Below are positions 1 to 10,413 of a stretch of 64,000 bases of DNA, piece by piece. The stretch covers positions 25,277-89,276 of IMG/VR virus record IMGVR_UViG_3300042261_001117; one strand, given 5' to 3'. Within the stretch, counting starts at the first letter, position 1, and every line of letters starts with the position of its first letter. The DNA comes from a virus. Under the pieces are notes generated by a model that was given only the letters and a program-made list of their open reading frames with translations, made no database searches and had not been told where the DNA came from. The position numbers and the translations under genes are program-made.

Positions 1-20
1 GCGACGGCACCGGCTCGCCG

Positions 21-830
21 ATGCTGCAGAAGGCCCGGCTGCGCGACGCGATGAAGCGCTCGGACAAGGTCCGCAAGATCGCAGACCTCGCTGGCAAGAT
101 GGTGTCGATCGCGGCGCAGAAGCGCGCCAGCCGCGTGCGCCCGCAGCGCGAGGAGATCGTCGACGTGGTGTGCGGCGACGACATCGACCGCGCGCTCCCC
201 GGACAGTTGGCGCTGCTGGCCACGGACGCCGGACGCGCGGAGTTCGCGCGCCTGCTCTGCGGAGGAGAACTCCAGTGCTACGAGTACGACGCCAGCGAGC
301 CGAAGGGACGCGGGCCCATGGTGCTGTGCGTCGACAACAGCGGTTCGATGAGCGGCTTCCCCGAGTGCTGGTCGAAGGCGCTGGCGTTCGGGCTGGCTGA
401 GATCGCCGCCAAGGACAAGCGCGACGTGGTGATGGTGCACTTCGACGGGCGGGTGCAGCGGGTCGCGCGCTGGACGCGCGGCGCGATCGACGCGGCCACC
501 GCGCTCGATATGATCGAGTTCTTCAGCGGCGGCGGGACGGAGTTCGAGCCACCGCTGCGTGAGGCCGTCAGCCAGATCGCTGGCGGGCTCGACGGTGCGG
601 ACGTGGTGTTCATCACGGACGGCTACGGACGGGTGAGCGCGGGCTTCGAAGCCGAGTGGGCGGCGGTGCGGAAGAGCCAGAAGGTCGTCGGGTACGGCAT
701 CCTCATCGGCTACGACCACTGCGACGATACGATGCGCCGCCTGTTCGATCGGACGTGGGCGGTCGACGAGCGAAAGCTCGACGGCATGGAGGACGGGCTG
801 CTGGAGGAGATCGCTGCACGGTCGGCGTAG
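21..830 (+). CDS. VWA domain protein (ViaA/CoxE-like); true start probably upstream of window
   Basis: MIDAS motif LCVDNSGSM, GGGTEF and VVFITDG motifs. Confidence 0.85.
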   Translation: MLQKARLRDAMKRSDKVRKIADLAGKMVSIAAQKRASRVRPQREEIVDVVCGDDIDRALPGQLALLATDAGRAEFARLLCGGELQCYEYDASEPKGRGPMVLCVDNSGSMSGFPECWSKALAFGLAEIAAKDKRDVVMVHFDGRVQRVARWTRGAIDAATALDMIEFFSGGGTEFEPPLREAVSQIAGGLDGADVVFITDGYGRVSAGFEAEWAAVRKSQKVVGYGILIGYDHCDDTMRRLFDRTWAVDERKLDGMEDGLLEEIAARSA

Positions 831-877
831 AAGCCGCTGTGGTGGCCAGCGTGCACGTCTATGAAAAATGGTTGTCG

Positions 878-913
878 AAAAGAGTTGCCAGCGCGGAACG
901 AGTCGCGTAACGT
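878..913 (+). promoter_or_regulatory. sigma70-like promoter
   Basis: AAAAGAG-TTGCCA-N17-TAACGT with A-rich upstream; near-identical layout at 36395-36430. Confidence 0.7.
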
Positions 914-975
914 CCACGATGCCAGCGACGCCCACGGTTGAGGCGCCGCGCCAACGGTCCGACAGGAGGTGCTTC

Positions 976-2514
976 ATGGCCAGCAAGATCACGGTCGCGG
1001 GTCGCGAGAACACGTTCAAGCTGCCCACCGCGGGGCAGCACATCGGCGACATCGTCGCGTGGAACCTCCGCAAGGTGGTGGTCGACGAGCGCACGCTGAA
1101 GTCGCTCGCCGACGCCAACGGCGTGTCGCACGACGCGCTGCCCAAGATGCCCAGCCACGCGCTGACCTTCAGCCGCGTGGCCAAGCGCCCCACCATCGCG
1201 CCGAAGGGCGTGCTGGTGCGCGCGATCCACGGCACCGAGGGCAACGTCAGCGCGTTCGCGATCGTCGAGGAGACCTACGACGGCGCCGGGCGCAGGGTGG
1301 GCCACCAGCAGATCGCGACGATCGAGTACGACACGAAGTCCGACGCGATCAGCATCGACGCCAGCGGGTCCAGCAAGGGCGCGGAGGTCGCGCAGGCCAT
1401 CCGCGAGGTGTACGGCGCGGAGACGGACAAGTGCACCACGCTCGACGTCAGCCAGTGGCTGGCGGACACGCTGAAGGGCGCGTGCCGGGGCTTCGTGATG
1501 CGCGAGAACGGCGGGCTCTACTGGGTCACCGCCGAGCACGCGGAGGAACTGCGCGCGCTCAAGAAGCTGGTCGAAGGCCTGACGACGAACCAGGGGCGCG
1601 CCGAGTTCAACCTGATCCCGGTGCACGACTCCGACGAGGCGCTCGAGGCCGCGCAGCGCGCCGCCCGCGACGCGCTGACGGAGGAGATCCGCGCGCTGGC
1701 GGAGGAGATCGACGGCTTCAACGACCGCACGCAGAAGCGCACGCTCGAGGACCGCATCGAGGCGGCGGACGAACTGGCCGCGCGCGCGGACCTGTACCAC
1801 AGCACGCTCAAGATGATGGCCGACGACCTGCTGGGCCAGATCGGCGGCATGCGCGACAACATCGACCGCATGCTGAGCGGGCGCCCGCTCAAGCCGGTGC
1901 GCGAGCACCGCGGGCGCGACACCCGCCTGCCGCCGAAGGGCACGGTGCTCACCGCGAAGTACAAGGGCCACGCGATCGAGGCGGTCGAGGCCGACGACGG
2001 CACGTTCACCTGCACGGTCGACGGGCAGCAGGCGATGGACGGCGACGCGCCCTTCAAGTTCCGCACGCTGAGCGGCGTCGGGCAGTGGGCGGTCGGGCAC
2101 GCGGTCAACGGCTACCTGCTGTTCGGGCTCGGATCGGACGAGCCCGTCGCGACGCCCGCGCCGGAGCCCACGATCGAGACGACGGAGACGGAGCCCGGCC
2201 ACCTCGAGACGACGGTCGAGTTCCAGCCCGCGCAGGTTCCCGCGAACGACCCGGCGCCCGACGCGCAGACGGTGCCCACGGTCGCCACGCCGATGACGGA
2301 CTTCGGGCGCTCGATCCTGATGGTGATCGGCGACAACGACGGCAGCGCGACCGCCAAGACGATCGCGACGACGCTCGGCAAGAGCACGGTCAACGTGCTC
2401 AACAGCGCCAAGAAGCTGGTGGCGAGCGGGCTGGTCAGCGTCTCCGGCGCGTCGGACGACGCGGTCCTGGCGCTGCTGCCCACCGGCTGGACCGAGTTCA
2501 ACACCAGCAACTAG
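976..2514 (+). CDS. multidomain protein: DUF6744/DUF3150-like N-terminus, DUF2924/RAMA-like domain, C-terminal winged HTH
   Basis: AGGAGG RBS before ATG 976; RENGGLYWV motif; RDTRLPPKG...NGYLLFGL; C-terminal ATAKTIATTLGKSTVNVLNSAKKLVASGLV. Confidence 0.65.
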   Translation: MASKITVAGRENTFKLPTAGQHIGDIVAWNLRKVVVDERTLKSLADANGVSHDALPKMPSHALTFSRVAKRPTIAPKGVLVRAIHGTEGNVSAFAIVEETYDGAGRRVGHQQIATIEYDTKSDAISIDASGSSKGAEVAQAIREVYGAETDKCTTLDVSQWLADTLKGACRGFVMRENGGLYWVTAEHAEELRALKKLVEGLTTNQGRAEFNLIPVHDSDEALEAAQRAARDALTEEIRALAEEIDGFNDRTQKRTLEDRIEAADELAARADLYHSTLKMMADDLLGQIGGMRDNIDRMLSGRPLKPVREHRGRDTRLPPKGTVLTAKYKGHAIEAVEADDGTFTCTVDGQQAMDGDAPFKFRTLSGVGQWAVGHAVNGYLLFGLGSDEPVATPAPEPTIETTETEPGHLETTVEFQPAQVPANDPAPDAQTVPTVATPMTDFGRSILMVIGDNDGSATAKTIATTLGKSTVNVLNSAKKLVASGLVSVSGASDDAVLALLPTGWTEFNTSN

Positions 2515-2542
2515 AACGGCCGCGAGCGGGGATGGTCCTCGC

Positions 2543-2584
2543 AGCCCCAGCGCTACCGGTAACCGTGACGGTGGCGCTGGGGCT
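2543..2584 (+). terminator. 16-bp GC-rich hairpin, putative terminator or mRNA stabiliser
   Basis: AGCCCCAGCGCTACCG / CGGTGGCGCTGGGGCT (one G-U) just after a stop codon; no clear U tract. Confidence 0.5.
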
Positions 2585-2605
2585 TCGCGGCTTCAGGAGT
2601 ACGCG

Positions 2606-4291
2606 ATGACCATGGTCTGCACCGTCGATCGCGGGCGCCTGCTGGTGCGCTACGACACAGAGAGCGAGCGTGGAGCACTGCGGACGGTGCTGGGCGCTGC
2701 GCTGGACCACGAGGCGGGCGGCTACCGCGTCCCGCGCGACCGGCGCGTGTTCGCAGCGCTCGAGCGCATCGGCGTGAGCGTCGACGGTCGCGCGGGCGAT
2801 GCCGCTGGCGCGGTGGTGCTCGAGGAGACGCCGCAGGACGCCGCGCGACGCCTGCGCGCGGTGGCCACTGTGCGCTCTGCGCCGCTCGAGTGGACTCCGC
2901 CGGACGGACTCGCGCTCTACCCGTACCAGGAGGAGGGCGCGGCGTCGATCGCTGCGCACCGCCGCCTGCTACTGGCTGACGCGCCGGGTGTCGGGAAGAC
3001 CATCCAGGTGCTGGCGTGGCTGGCGACGAACGCCGACGTGCGTCCCGTGCTGGTGCTGTGCCCGAGCAGCGTGCGACTGAACTGGTGCCGCGAGGCTGCG
3101 CGCTGGATACCGTGCGCGGTCGTGGCGACGTGGCGATCCGCTGCGGAAGCTCCCGCGCGCGTGGACGCCAGCGCGATCACCGTGTTGAGCTACGACCTCG
3201 CGGTTCGGTGCGAGACGCTGCTCAAGCGCCAGCGCTGGGCTGCCGTCGTCTACGACGAGGCACACCGCATCTCGAACACCGAGACGAAGCGCGGGAAGCT
3301 GGCCATCTCGCTGGCCAAGACCGCATCGCACGTGGTGGCGCTGACGGGGACGCCCGTGGTCAACCGGCCAGCGGAGCTATACCCCGTGCTGCGCGTGGTG
3401 GCGCCGGACGTGTTCCGGTCGTCGTGGGACTTCCGGCTGCTCTACTGCGGGATGGAGCAGCGTCGCATCTTCGCTGGCGGACAGCCTCGCTACGTGTGGC
3501 AGGCGAAAGGGCTGGCCCGTGCGGATGAACTCCGCGAGTTGCTCTCGTGCTGCATGCTTCGCAGGACGAAGGACGAGGTACTGGCACAGCTTCCGTCGAA
3601 GCGTCGCGTGGTGGTCGACGTCGAGATCGATCGCGAGGCCTACGACAGAGCAGAGGACGGGTGCTTCGCGCGCGCGGACGCCGCGCCGTCCGGTGCTGCA
3701 GCGCTGGAACGCACGGGGCGTCTCCGGCGCGAGATCGGACGAGCGAAGGCGGCGGCGGCGGCGGAGTGGATCGACGACTTCTGCGCGTCGGGGGAGTCGC
3801 TGGTGGTGTTCGCGCACCACCGCGAGGTGATCGAAGCGCTGACGAGCGCAATCGGTGTGTCGTGGGTCAGCATCACCGGCGAGACGGCGTCTGGCGATCG
3901 ACTGCAGCGCGTGGATGCGTTCCAGCGTCGCGACGCCCAGGTCATGGTTGCCAGCCTGCGCGCGGCTGGCGAGGGCATCACGCTTACACGGGCCAGCGAC
4001 GTTCTGTTCGTGGAGCGCGACTGGACGGCCGCAGCGGAAGAGCAGGCAGAGGATCGCTGCCACCGCATCGGGCAGGAGCGACCGGTCACCGCGTGGTACC
4101 TGCGAGCGGCGGGCACCATCGACGACGAGATCGCGGCGCTGGTGGAGCAGAAGCGCGCATTCGCAGGCCGCATGCTGGACGGAGCGCCAGACGAGCAACT
4201 GACGCTGCAATCCGACGCGGACGTGGTGTGCAAGTTGATAACGGAGCGGCGTTGTCGGTCGCGTTTGACAACCACGGTTGATGCGCGGTAG
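2606..4291 (+). CDS. SNF2-family (SMARCAL1/HARP-like) helicase
   Basis: LYPYQ, LADAPGVGKT, DEAH, LTGTP, LRRTK, GEGITL, QAEDRCHRIGQ. Confidence 0.92.
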   Translation: MTMVCTVDRGRLLVRYDTESERGALRTVLGAALDHEAGGYRVPRDRRVFAALERIGVSVDGRAGDAAGAVVLEETPQDAARRLRAVATVRSAPLEWTPPDGLALYPYQEEGAASIAAHRRLLLADAPGVGKTIQVLAWLATNADVRPVLVLCPSSVRLNWCREAARWIPCAVVATWRSAAEAPARVDASAITVLSYDLAVRCETLLKRQRWAAVVYDEAHRISNTETKRGKLAISLAKTASHVVALTGTPVVNRPAELYPVLRVVAPDVFRSSWDFRLLYCGMEQRRIFAGGQPRYVWQAKGLARADELRELLSCCMLRRTKDEVLAQLPSKRRVVVDVEIDREAYDRAEDGCFARADAAPSGAAALERTGRLRREIGRAKAAAAAEWIDDFCASGESLVVFAHHREVIEALTSAIGVSWVSITGETASGDRLQRVDAFQRRDAQVMVASLRAAGEGITLTRASDVLFVERDWTAAAEEQAEDRCHRIGQERPVTAWYLRAAGTIDDEIAALVEQKRAFAGRMLDGAPDEQLTLQSDADVVCKLITERRCRSRLTTTVDAR

Positions 4292-4294
4292 GAT
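4265..4294 (+). promoter_or_regulatory. sigma70-like promoter containing a small palindrome
   Basis: TTGACA-N18-TAGGAT; CAACC-AC-GGTTG overlaps the -35 and spacer. Confidence 0.6.
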
Positions 4295-4319
4295 CGCGCG
4301 TGGATGGAGAGGAGACGCC

Positions 4320-4574
4320 ATGAGCATCGCAAGACGGTTCAAAGGAGACGTGCTGCGCAGCCTGATCGAGGAGGCGAACTACCGGACGTACCACGAGTTC
4401 GCGGTCGAGATGATCCAGCGCGGGTACCTGCGCTGCTCGGGCTCGCACGTCGGAGCGTGGATCGGCGGCAAGCGCCCGCAGGAGGACACGCTGCGGATGA
4501 TCTGTGCGGCGCTGACGGAGCGGCTCGGCCGCCGCGTGAGCGCGGACGAGATGCTGCACCCGATCGAGGAGTAG
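4320..4574 (+). CDS. small XRE-like HTH regulator
   Basis: AGGAG RBS; SHVGAWIGGKRPQEDTLRMICAAL resembles the XRE C-terminal helices. Confidence 0.55.
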   Translation: MSIARRFKGDVLRSLIEEANYRTYHEFAVEMIQRGYLRCSGSHVGAWIGGKRPQEDTLRMICAALTERLGRRVSADEMLHPIEE

Positions 4575-4644
4575 CGGCGAGCCGCTAGCGCATGGGCGTG
4601 CGCTGGCGGCGGGTGCGGTTCCAGATCGCAACAGGGAGGAGCAC

Positions 4645-6030
4645 ATGAACGGCGGAGAGGCTCGCGCGTTCGACGCCAACCAGATGGCGGCGTACCTGGA
4701 GTTCGTCAACGAGATCAGCAAGACGGCCATCATCGTGGGCAACGTGATGGTCCCGAGCATCCCGGCGGGGCACCGCGTGATGCTGGCCACGCTCAAGATC
4801 GACGAGCGCGACCTGTTCCCCACGCAGTGGTTCCCCGACGACCGCGCGCAGGAGTACGCGGCGAAGGCCATTTGGGGCTGGAGCGCCACGGTCCTCGACC
4901 AGATCGCCCGCGCCGCGGGCGTGCGGTGGGACGTGGACCGCTGCAGGCGGCTCGACGACGGCAGCGACGACAACCGATTCGAGTACCGCGTCGAGGGCGA
5001 GTGGATGGACCTCGGCGGACGCAAGGTCGCGCTGGTGGGCACGTACGAGATCGACTTCTTCGAGTACCGCGCGGAGGAGCGCCAGAAGAAGCTGGACCAG
5101 TGGGACAAGGCGGTCAACCACGAGAATCCTAGCTGGCGCCGCCCGCCCAAGGACGCGCTGCCGGGCGAGTCGCGCGAGGTCTACGCGGACCGCAAGGCCG
5201 ACGCGGCGGAGCGCGCGCTCCGCAAGATGAAGCTCCGGCGCGGCGAGACGGGCGCGCGCAACCGCGCCATCGCCAAGGCGTTCGGGCTGCGTCGCGGCGG
5301 GTGGGTCAAAACCGAGGTGCTGGCCAAGGTGCTGCTGGTCGCGCGGCTGGAGCCGATCATCGACTTCGACCGCAACCCGGAACTGGCTCGCGCGCTGGCG
5401 CTCGACACGCTGGGCATCCTGGGCACGCTGGCCAAGACAGGGCAAGGCGACACGCTGCGGGCGCTGATCATGGGAACGCCGGACACGCCGCGCCGGACGA
5501 CGACGGCGCTGCCCGCTGCGCCGCAGCCGCAGGTCGTTCAGTTGCCGCCGCCCGAGCGCCTCGAAGATGTCGACGACGCGGACGACACGATCGACCACGA
5601 CGTCGCGGAGGCGGAGGGCGATGGAGCGGTTGCGCCCGAGGATGTCGTCGTCGAGCACGGGACGCAGACGGTGGCGGACAAGCAGCAGCCGATCGCGCAG
5701 CCGGTGGTGCGCGAGAAGGAGCCCGTCGCGCAGCCCGAGCCCGCGCAGGGGTCGCTGCTGCAGCCCGAGCCCGCGGCCAAGCGTGCTCCCGCCCGCAAGC
5801 CCGACTCTCCCGCTGCGAAGCCCGCCGCCACCTCGTCGCAGACGCCGCCGGACGTCGACACGTTCCGCGCCATCCCGCTGCACGAGAAGAAGGCATGGGT
5901 CTGCGACATGATCGATCGCAAGAAGCCGTACCCGGCGGACCGCATCGCGAAGTCGGACGTCGAGTCGCTGACGAGCACGGTGCTCGACGACCTGTACGGA
6001 GCGCTGATCCTGCGCGCGGACCGGAAGTAG
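4645..6030 (+). CDS. hypothetical protein, probably recombination-associated
   Basis: RBS, host-like codon usage, Pro/acidic disordered tail, directly upstream of sbcD/sbcC. Confidence 0.6.
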   Translation: MNGGEARAFDANQMAAYLEFVNEISKTAIIVGNVMVPSIPAGHRVMLATLKIDERDLFPTQWFPDDRAQEYAAKAIWGWSATVLDQIARAAGVRWDVDRCRRLDDGSDDNRFEYRVEGEWMDLGGRKVALVGTYEIDFFEYRAEERQKKLDQWDKAVNHENPSWRRPPKDALPGESREVYADRKADAAERALRKMKLRRGETGARNRAIAKAFGLRRGGWVKTEVLAKVLLVARLEPIIDFDRNPELARALALDTLGILGTLAKTGQGDTLRALIMGTPDTPRRTTTALPAAPQPQVVQLPPPERLEDVDDADDTIDHDVAEAEGDGAVAPEDVVVEHGTQTVADKQQPIAQPVVREKEPVAQPEPAQGSLLQPEPAAKRAPARKPDSPAAKPAATSSQTPPDVDTFRAIPLHEKKAWVCDMIDRKKPYPADRIAKSDVESLTSTVLDDLYGALILRADRK

Positions 6031-6039
6031 GTGGTTGCC

Positions 6040-7194
6040 ATGATCGCCAAGTTCCTGCACCTCGCGGACCTGCACATCAACGCGCAGGCCACGCTGGCCG
6101 GGCAAGTGCGCGTCGGACCCAACGGCATCAACCTCCGCACCGCGGACCTGCTGCGCGCGATCGGCGCGGTGGCTGCGGAGGCGTCTCGCGACGGCGACCT
6201 GTTCGGCGCCGTCATCGCGGGAGACCTGTACGACCACGACCGCCCGACGCCGCTCGAGGAGGAGATCGCGGCGACGATCATCGAGACGCTCAGCGGCGCG
6301 TGCGCGGGCTGCAGTACGAAGGTGCTGGTGATCGATGGCAACCACGACATCCCGCGCGGGACGGGCCCGAGCGCACCGACGTCGCTGAACTGGCACCCGC
6401 TGGCGATGATGATTCACGATCCGGAGGTGGTCTGCTACTACGGGCTGCGGATCGGGTGTCTGCCGTACCCGCGCATCGGCGGCAACGCGGAGTTGCTGCG
6501 CGCGGGCGCGGTCGATGCGATTGCCGCGGGGCTGCGAGCGGGCGGCGCGGATGTGCTTGTCGCGCATGCGAACACAGGGCAGGCGGTGGCGGGCAAGCAG
6601 CCCCGCCCACTGGACGACGCGGTCACGCTCTCGCACGCTGTCCTGGCGCAGTTCCCGTGCGTGATGCTCGGGCATATCCACCGCCCGCAGGAGTGGGGCC
6701 CGGTCGCGTACTGCGGATCGCCGATGGTCGAGGACTGGGGCGAAGCAAACGACGGTACGGTGCGCGGCGCGGCGCTGTGGACGCTGGAGTGCGACGCAGA
6801 TCTGGCGTCGTCGCCGCCGGACTACACGGTGCGCTCCGCGACGCTGCGGAGACTCTCCGCTCCGGACAGGACGTGGATCGACATCCCGGCGGACCAGTGG
6901 TGCGAGGATTCCGTTGACCCGTCGTCGGGCGCGGTCCATCGTGTCAAGGGGCGGCTGCGGGCGACGGACGCCGCCGCGGTGCACGCGGAGATCAGATCGC
7001 TACGGGCGAAGGGCGCTCTGATCCAGGCGGAGATCACGATCGAGCAGGAGGACCGGCGCCGCAGCGAGGACGTGGCGCGTGCGCTGACCGACGATCAGAT
7101 CCTGCTGGGCGCGATCAAGCTGCGGCAGACCGATCCTGCGATCGTCGACGGCGCCATGGCGGTTGTGCAGGACATACTCGGGGGTGGAGCATGA
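6040..7194 (+). CDS. sbcD: SbcD/Mre11-like metallophosphoesterase nuclease
   Basis: ADLH, AGDLYD, GNHD, LGHIH and YCGSP motifs. Confidence 0.9.
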   Translation: MIAKFLHLADLHINAQATLAGQVRVGPNGINLRTADLLRAIGAVAAEASRDGDLFGAVIAGDLYDHDRPTPLEEEIAATIIETLSGACAGCSTKVLVIDGNHDIPRGTGPSAPTSLNWHPLAMMIHDPEVVCYYGLRIGCLPYPRIGGNAELLRAGAVDAIAAGLRAGGADVLVAHANTGQAVAGKQPRPLDDAVTLSHAVLAQFPCVMLGHIHRPQEWGPVAYCGSPMVEDWGEANDGTVRGAALWTLECDADLASSPPDYTVRSATLRRLSAPDRTWIDIPADQWCEDSVDPSSGAVHRVKGRLRATDAAAVHAEIRSLRAKGALIQAEITIEQEDRRRSEDVARALTDDQILLGAIKLRQTDPAIVDGAMAVVQDILGGGA

Positions 7195-9524
7195 TCCCAG
7201 TTCGAATCGCGGTTCAGAACTTCAACAGCTACACCGGAGCGGAGATCGACTTCACCGGCGTGCGATCGGCGATGGTGGTCGGCGACACCGGCGCGGGCAA
7301 GAGCACGCTGTTCGTCGACGCGTTCCTGTGGGCGACCACCGGCCAGTGCCGGGCGCCCGGGATCGACGACGTCATCCGCCTGGGCGCGGACGAGTGCGGC
7401 GTCGATTACACGTACCTCGCGGACGGGCAGATGCGGCGCGTCGTGCGTACCCGGTCGCGGAAGGGCCGTGGAAGCGGCACGCTCGAGTACTACGTCGACG
7501 GCCAGTCGCGCAACGGCGCCAACGTGAGCGAGACGCAGAAGGCGATCCTCGCGGACCTGCGCGTCGACTACGCGACCATGGTGACGACGAGCTTCCTGGT
7601 CCAGGGCAAGAGCGGGGCGTTTGCGGAGGCGCCCAGGCGTGAGCGCATGGCGCTGGTGGCGCGGATGATCGGCTGCGACCGCTTCAAAATCTACGCGGAG
7701 ACCGGTCGCGAGATGGCCCGCAACACGAAGGCGGAGATCGCCGCTCGCGAGACGAACGCCGCGGCTCTGGAAGGACAGACCAGCGACGAGTTGCTCGAGC
7801 GGCTGCGGGTTGCGTGGGCGGATGCGACGGCGCTGCACCAGCGCTCGGCAGACCGCGAGGCGGAGATCGCGGTTGAGATGCTCAACGCCCGCAACCTCGT
7901 GGCCATGTGCGAGGACGGTGCCCGGCGCAACGCGGAGACCAGGGCTGCGCTCAACGCCGAACTCGGCAAGGGTGCGGACCTGCGACTGCGGCGCCGGTCG
8001 CTGGATGCGGAAAGCGAGCGACTCGACCGGGCGATGATCGATCTGCGGGCGCAGGTCGACGCGGATGCGCCAGATCTGGATGCGCTTCGAGCGGCGGCGG
8101 AGCTTGCCACGTCGGCAGCTACTGCTGCACGCGAAGCGGAGGTGGCGGCGCGAACCACGGCGGCGAACGCAGAGCGCGAAGCGGATGCTGCTCGACACGC
8201 GCACCAGATGGCAGAGCAGGAGGCGCTGGCGGAGTACCGCGCGAAAACGGCAGACCTGACCACTCGCACCGAGCGCGCCACCGCGGAGTGCAGGGCGCTG
8301 GCAGATCGCCTGCAGCAATCACGCGACGCGCGGAAGCGCATCTCGCAGGTGCCATGCGGAGGACTCGGCGACTACGCGACGTGCCCGCTGATCGAGGTCG
8401 CTGTCTCCAGCCAGTGCGACGAGGGTGCTCTGGCGGAGATGCTTTCCGCAGCGAACGCGGCGCTGTCTGCGCTGCAGTCGGAACGAATGTCCATGCCGTA
8501 TGCGGTGCAAGAGACGCAGAAGACGATCGAGACGAAGAGCACTCGTGTTGCGGCAGCAAAGACGCGCGACGATGCCACGGCGTCTGCCACGGAACGCCAA
8601 GCCGATGCACAGCGTGCGCTGCGCGCGCTCTCCGACGCGCAGTCGGCGCTTTCCAGCGCGGAGGCGCGCGCTACCGCGCAGGCGTCCGCCCGCGCGACCA
8701 TGGACGCAACGTCGGCCAACGTCGCGCGCGTGCGTGGCGATCTGGCCGCCATCGACGATGCCATCGCTGTGTCGGATCGCGAATGCGCGGTCTTGCGTGG
8801 TGCCATCGACGCGGAGGTCGACGCCCGGCTGGCGGCTTGCCGCGCGAACGTCGAGCGGCTGTCCACCGAGGCCGCGCAAGCGGCGCGCGCCACGGCGACC
8901 GCTGCTGGCGCAGTCGCGAACGCCGCGCGGGCCATCGACGACGTCGGCGCGATGCGCAAGCGGCTCGCGTCGGAGCGCGCTGAGATCCAGACGCGCGCCA
9001 AGCATCTCGCGCACATCGAGGTGGCGGTCGCGGCGTGTAAGGACGCGCCGCAGCTACTGATCGAATCCATCGTTCCCAGCATCGAGATGAAGGCGAACGA
9101 ACTGCTCTCGCGCGTCTCGAACACCAGCATGCAGGTGCAGCTACGGACGCAGGCGGAGTTGAAGTCGCGCGAGGCCATGGCGGAGACGCTGGACGTGATC
9201 GTGGTCGACGAGATCGGCGAGCGTCCGTACGAGATGTACTCCGGAGGCGAGCGCTTCCGCATCGACTTCGCGCTGCGGGTGGCGCTGTCGTGGGCGCTGT
9301 CGATCCGCGCGGGCGCTCCGCTCGAGATGCTGGTCATCGACGAGGGCTTCGGCACGCAGGACGCGGCGGGGAAGCAGGCCTTCGCGGAGTGCTTGAACTC
9401 GGTCAACGACTTGTTCGAGAAGGTGATCGTGATCTCGCACGTGCCCGAGATGGAGAGCGCGTTTCCTGCGCGCTTCCGCGTGACGAAGGGCCCGAGCGGC
9501 AGCACCATCGCGCGGGAGGTGTGA
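7191..9524 (+). CDS. sbcC: SbcC/Rad50-like SMC ATPase
   Basis: NFNSY, Walker A GDTGAGKST, long coiled coil, signature YSGGE, Walker B IDEGFGTQD, ISH. Confidence 0.92.
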   Translation: MIPVRIAVQNFNSYTGAEIDFTGVRSAMVVGDTGAGKSTLFVDAFLWATTGQCRAPGIDDVIRLGADECGVDYTYLADGQMRRVVRTRSRKGRGSGTLEYYVDGQSRNGANVSETQKAILADLRVDYATMVTTSFLVQGKSGAFAEAPRRERMALVARMIGCDRFKIYAETGREMARNTKAEIAARETNAAALEGQTSDELLERLRVAWADATALHQRSADREAEIAVEMLNARNLVAMCEDGARRNAETRAALNAELGKGADLRLRRRSLDAESERLDRAMIDLRAQVDADAPDLDALRAAAELATSAATAAREAEVAARTTAANAEREADAARHAHQMAEQEALAEYRAKTADLTTRTERATAECRALADRLQQSRDARKRISQVPCGGLGDYATCPLIEVAVSSQCDEGALAEMLSAANAALSALQSERMSMPYAVQETQKTIETKSTRVAAAKTRDDATASATERQADAQRALRALSDAQSALSSAEARATAQASARATMDATSANVARVRGDLAAIDDAIAVSDRECAVLRGAIDAEVDARLAACRANVERLSTEAAQAARATATAAGAVANAARAIDDVGAMRKRLASERAEIQTRAKHLAHIEVAVAACKDAPQLLIESIVPSIEMKANELLSRVSNTSMQVQLRTQAELKSREAMAETLDVIVVDEIGERPYEMYSGGERFRIDFALRVALSWALSIRAGAPLEMLVIDEGFGTQDAAGKQAFAECLNSVNDLFEKVIVISHVPEMESAFPARFRVTKGPSGSTIAREV

Positions 9525-9527
9525 TCC

Positions 9528-9737
9528 ATGGAACTGACCATCCGATGCGCCAAGCATCCAGCGCAAAAGCTCGACGCGAAGATCGTCTGCCTCGCCAGCG
9601 GTGCGCACACGATCGAAGTCGAGCCGTGCTACGAGTGCCACACGACCGACGAGTGGGCGGGCTACCAAGACGGGCTGCACGACCGCCCGCGTAAGCGCGG
9701 CGGCAAGAAGCCGAACGGTGATCCGCATGAAGCGTGA
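9528..9737 (+). CDS. small Cys-containing hypothetical protein
   Basis: RBS and tight operon packing. Confidence 0.45.
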   Translation: MELTIRCAKHPAQKLDAKIVCLASGAHTIEVEPCYECHTTDEWAGYQDGLHDRPRKRGGKKPNGDPHEA

Positions 9738-10122
9738 GCACAAGGCCATCACCACGAAGGGCGTCTCCATCGGCGGCGGGTGGTGGGAGTTGACTGCGAG
9801 CGCGCTGGACGACGACCGAAAGCCGCCGTTTCTGGCGCGCGTGTACGCGAACTCCTGGCTGATGGTCATGTGCTACGAGCGCTTCGGCGTCGAGTACGTC
9901 GGGCTGCGGCGGCATGACCGGAAGGAGTTCCAGTCCCCGTGGAGCGTGGTGCAGGAGATCAAGGAGCGCTTCTTCGCGGGCCGGTGCGCGGTGGAGTTCT
10001 ACCCCGCGCAGGACGACCTCGTGGACGACGCTCCGATGCGGTGGCTGTGGATGCTGCCGGATGACGCGCGACTCGGAGCGCTCGGGCTCGGGTGGGCAAG
10101 GGGTGGCGGAAGTCTCATGTAG
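9727..10122 (+). CDS. conserved phage protein (DUF7694-like)
   Basis: WSVVQEIKE...AVEFYPAQDDLVD...WLW pattern recalled from phage proteins. Confidence 0.55.
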   Translation: MKREHKAITTKGVSIGGGWWELTASALDDDRKPPFLARVYANSWLMVMCYERFGVEYVGLRRHDRKEFQSPWSVVQEIKERFFAGRCAVEFYPAQDDLVDDAPMRWLWMLPDDARLGALGLGWARGGGSLM

Positions 10123-10131
10123 GGGGCGACC

Positions 10132-10413
10132 ATGCGGATCGCGATTCTCTGCGTGCTGGTGGTGCTGGCTGCGTGCTCGCGCGGCAACTACTGCAAGGAA
10201 GCGAAGACCATCATGGACGACTGCGGCTTCGGGCCGTCGTCGGAATCGTCGACGGCGCTGCGGTCGGCGTGCGACGCCGGAGCGGCGGACGCGGTGATGC
10301 TCGCGAAGTGCTTGATCGTGGCGGACCGCTACGAGCAGACGCGCGGGTGCTCGCAGATGCGGTTCATGACGTGCGTCGAACTGGTGTCGCGAGCACGATC
10401 CGGCAGGCTGTGA
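10132..10413 (+). CDS. Cys-rich lipoprotein
   Basis: Hydrophobic signal with lipobox LAAC. Confidence 0.6.
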   Translation: MRIAILCVLVVLAACSRGNYCKEAKTIMDDCGFGPSSESSTALRSACDAGAADAVMLAKCLIVADRYEQTRGCSQMRFMTCVELVSRARSGRL

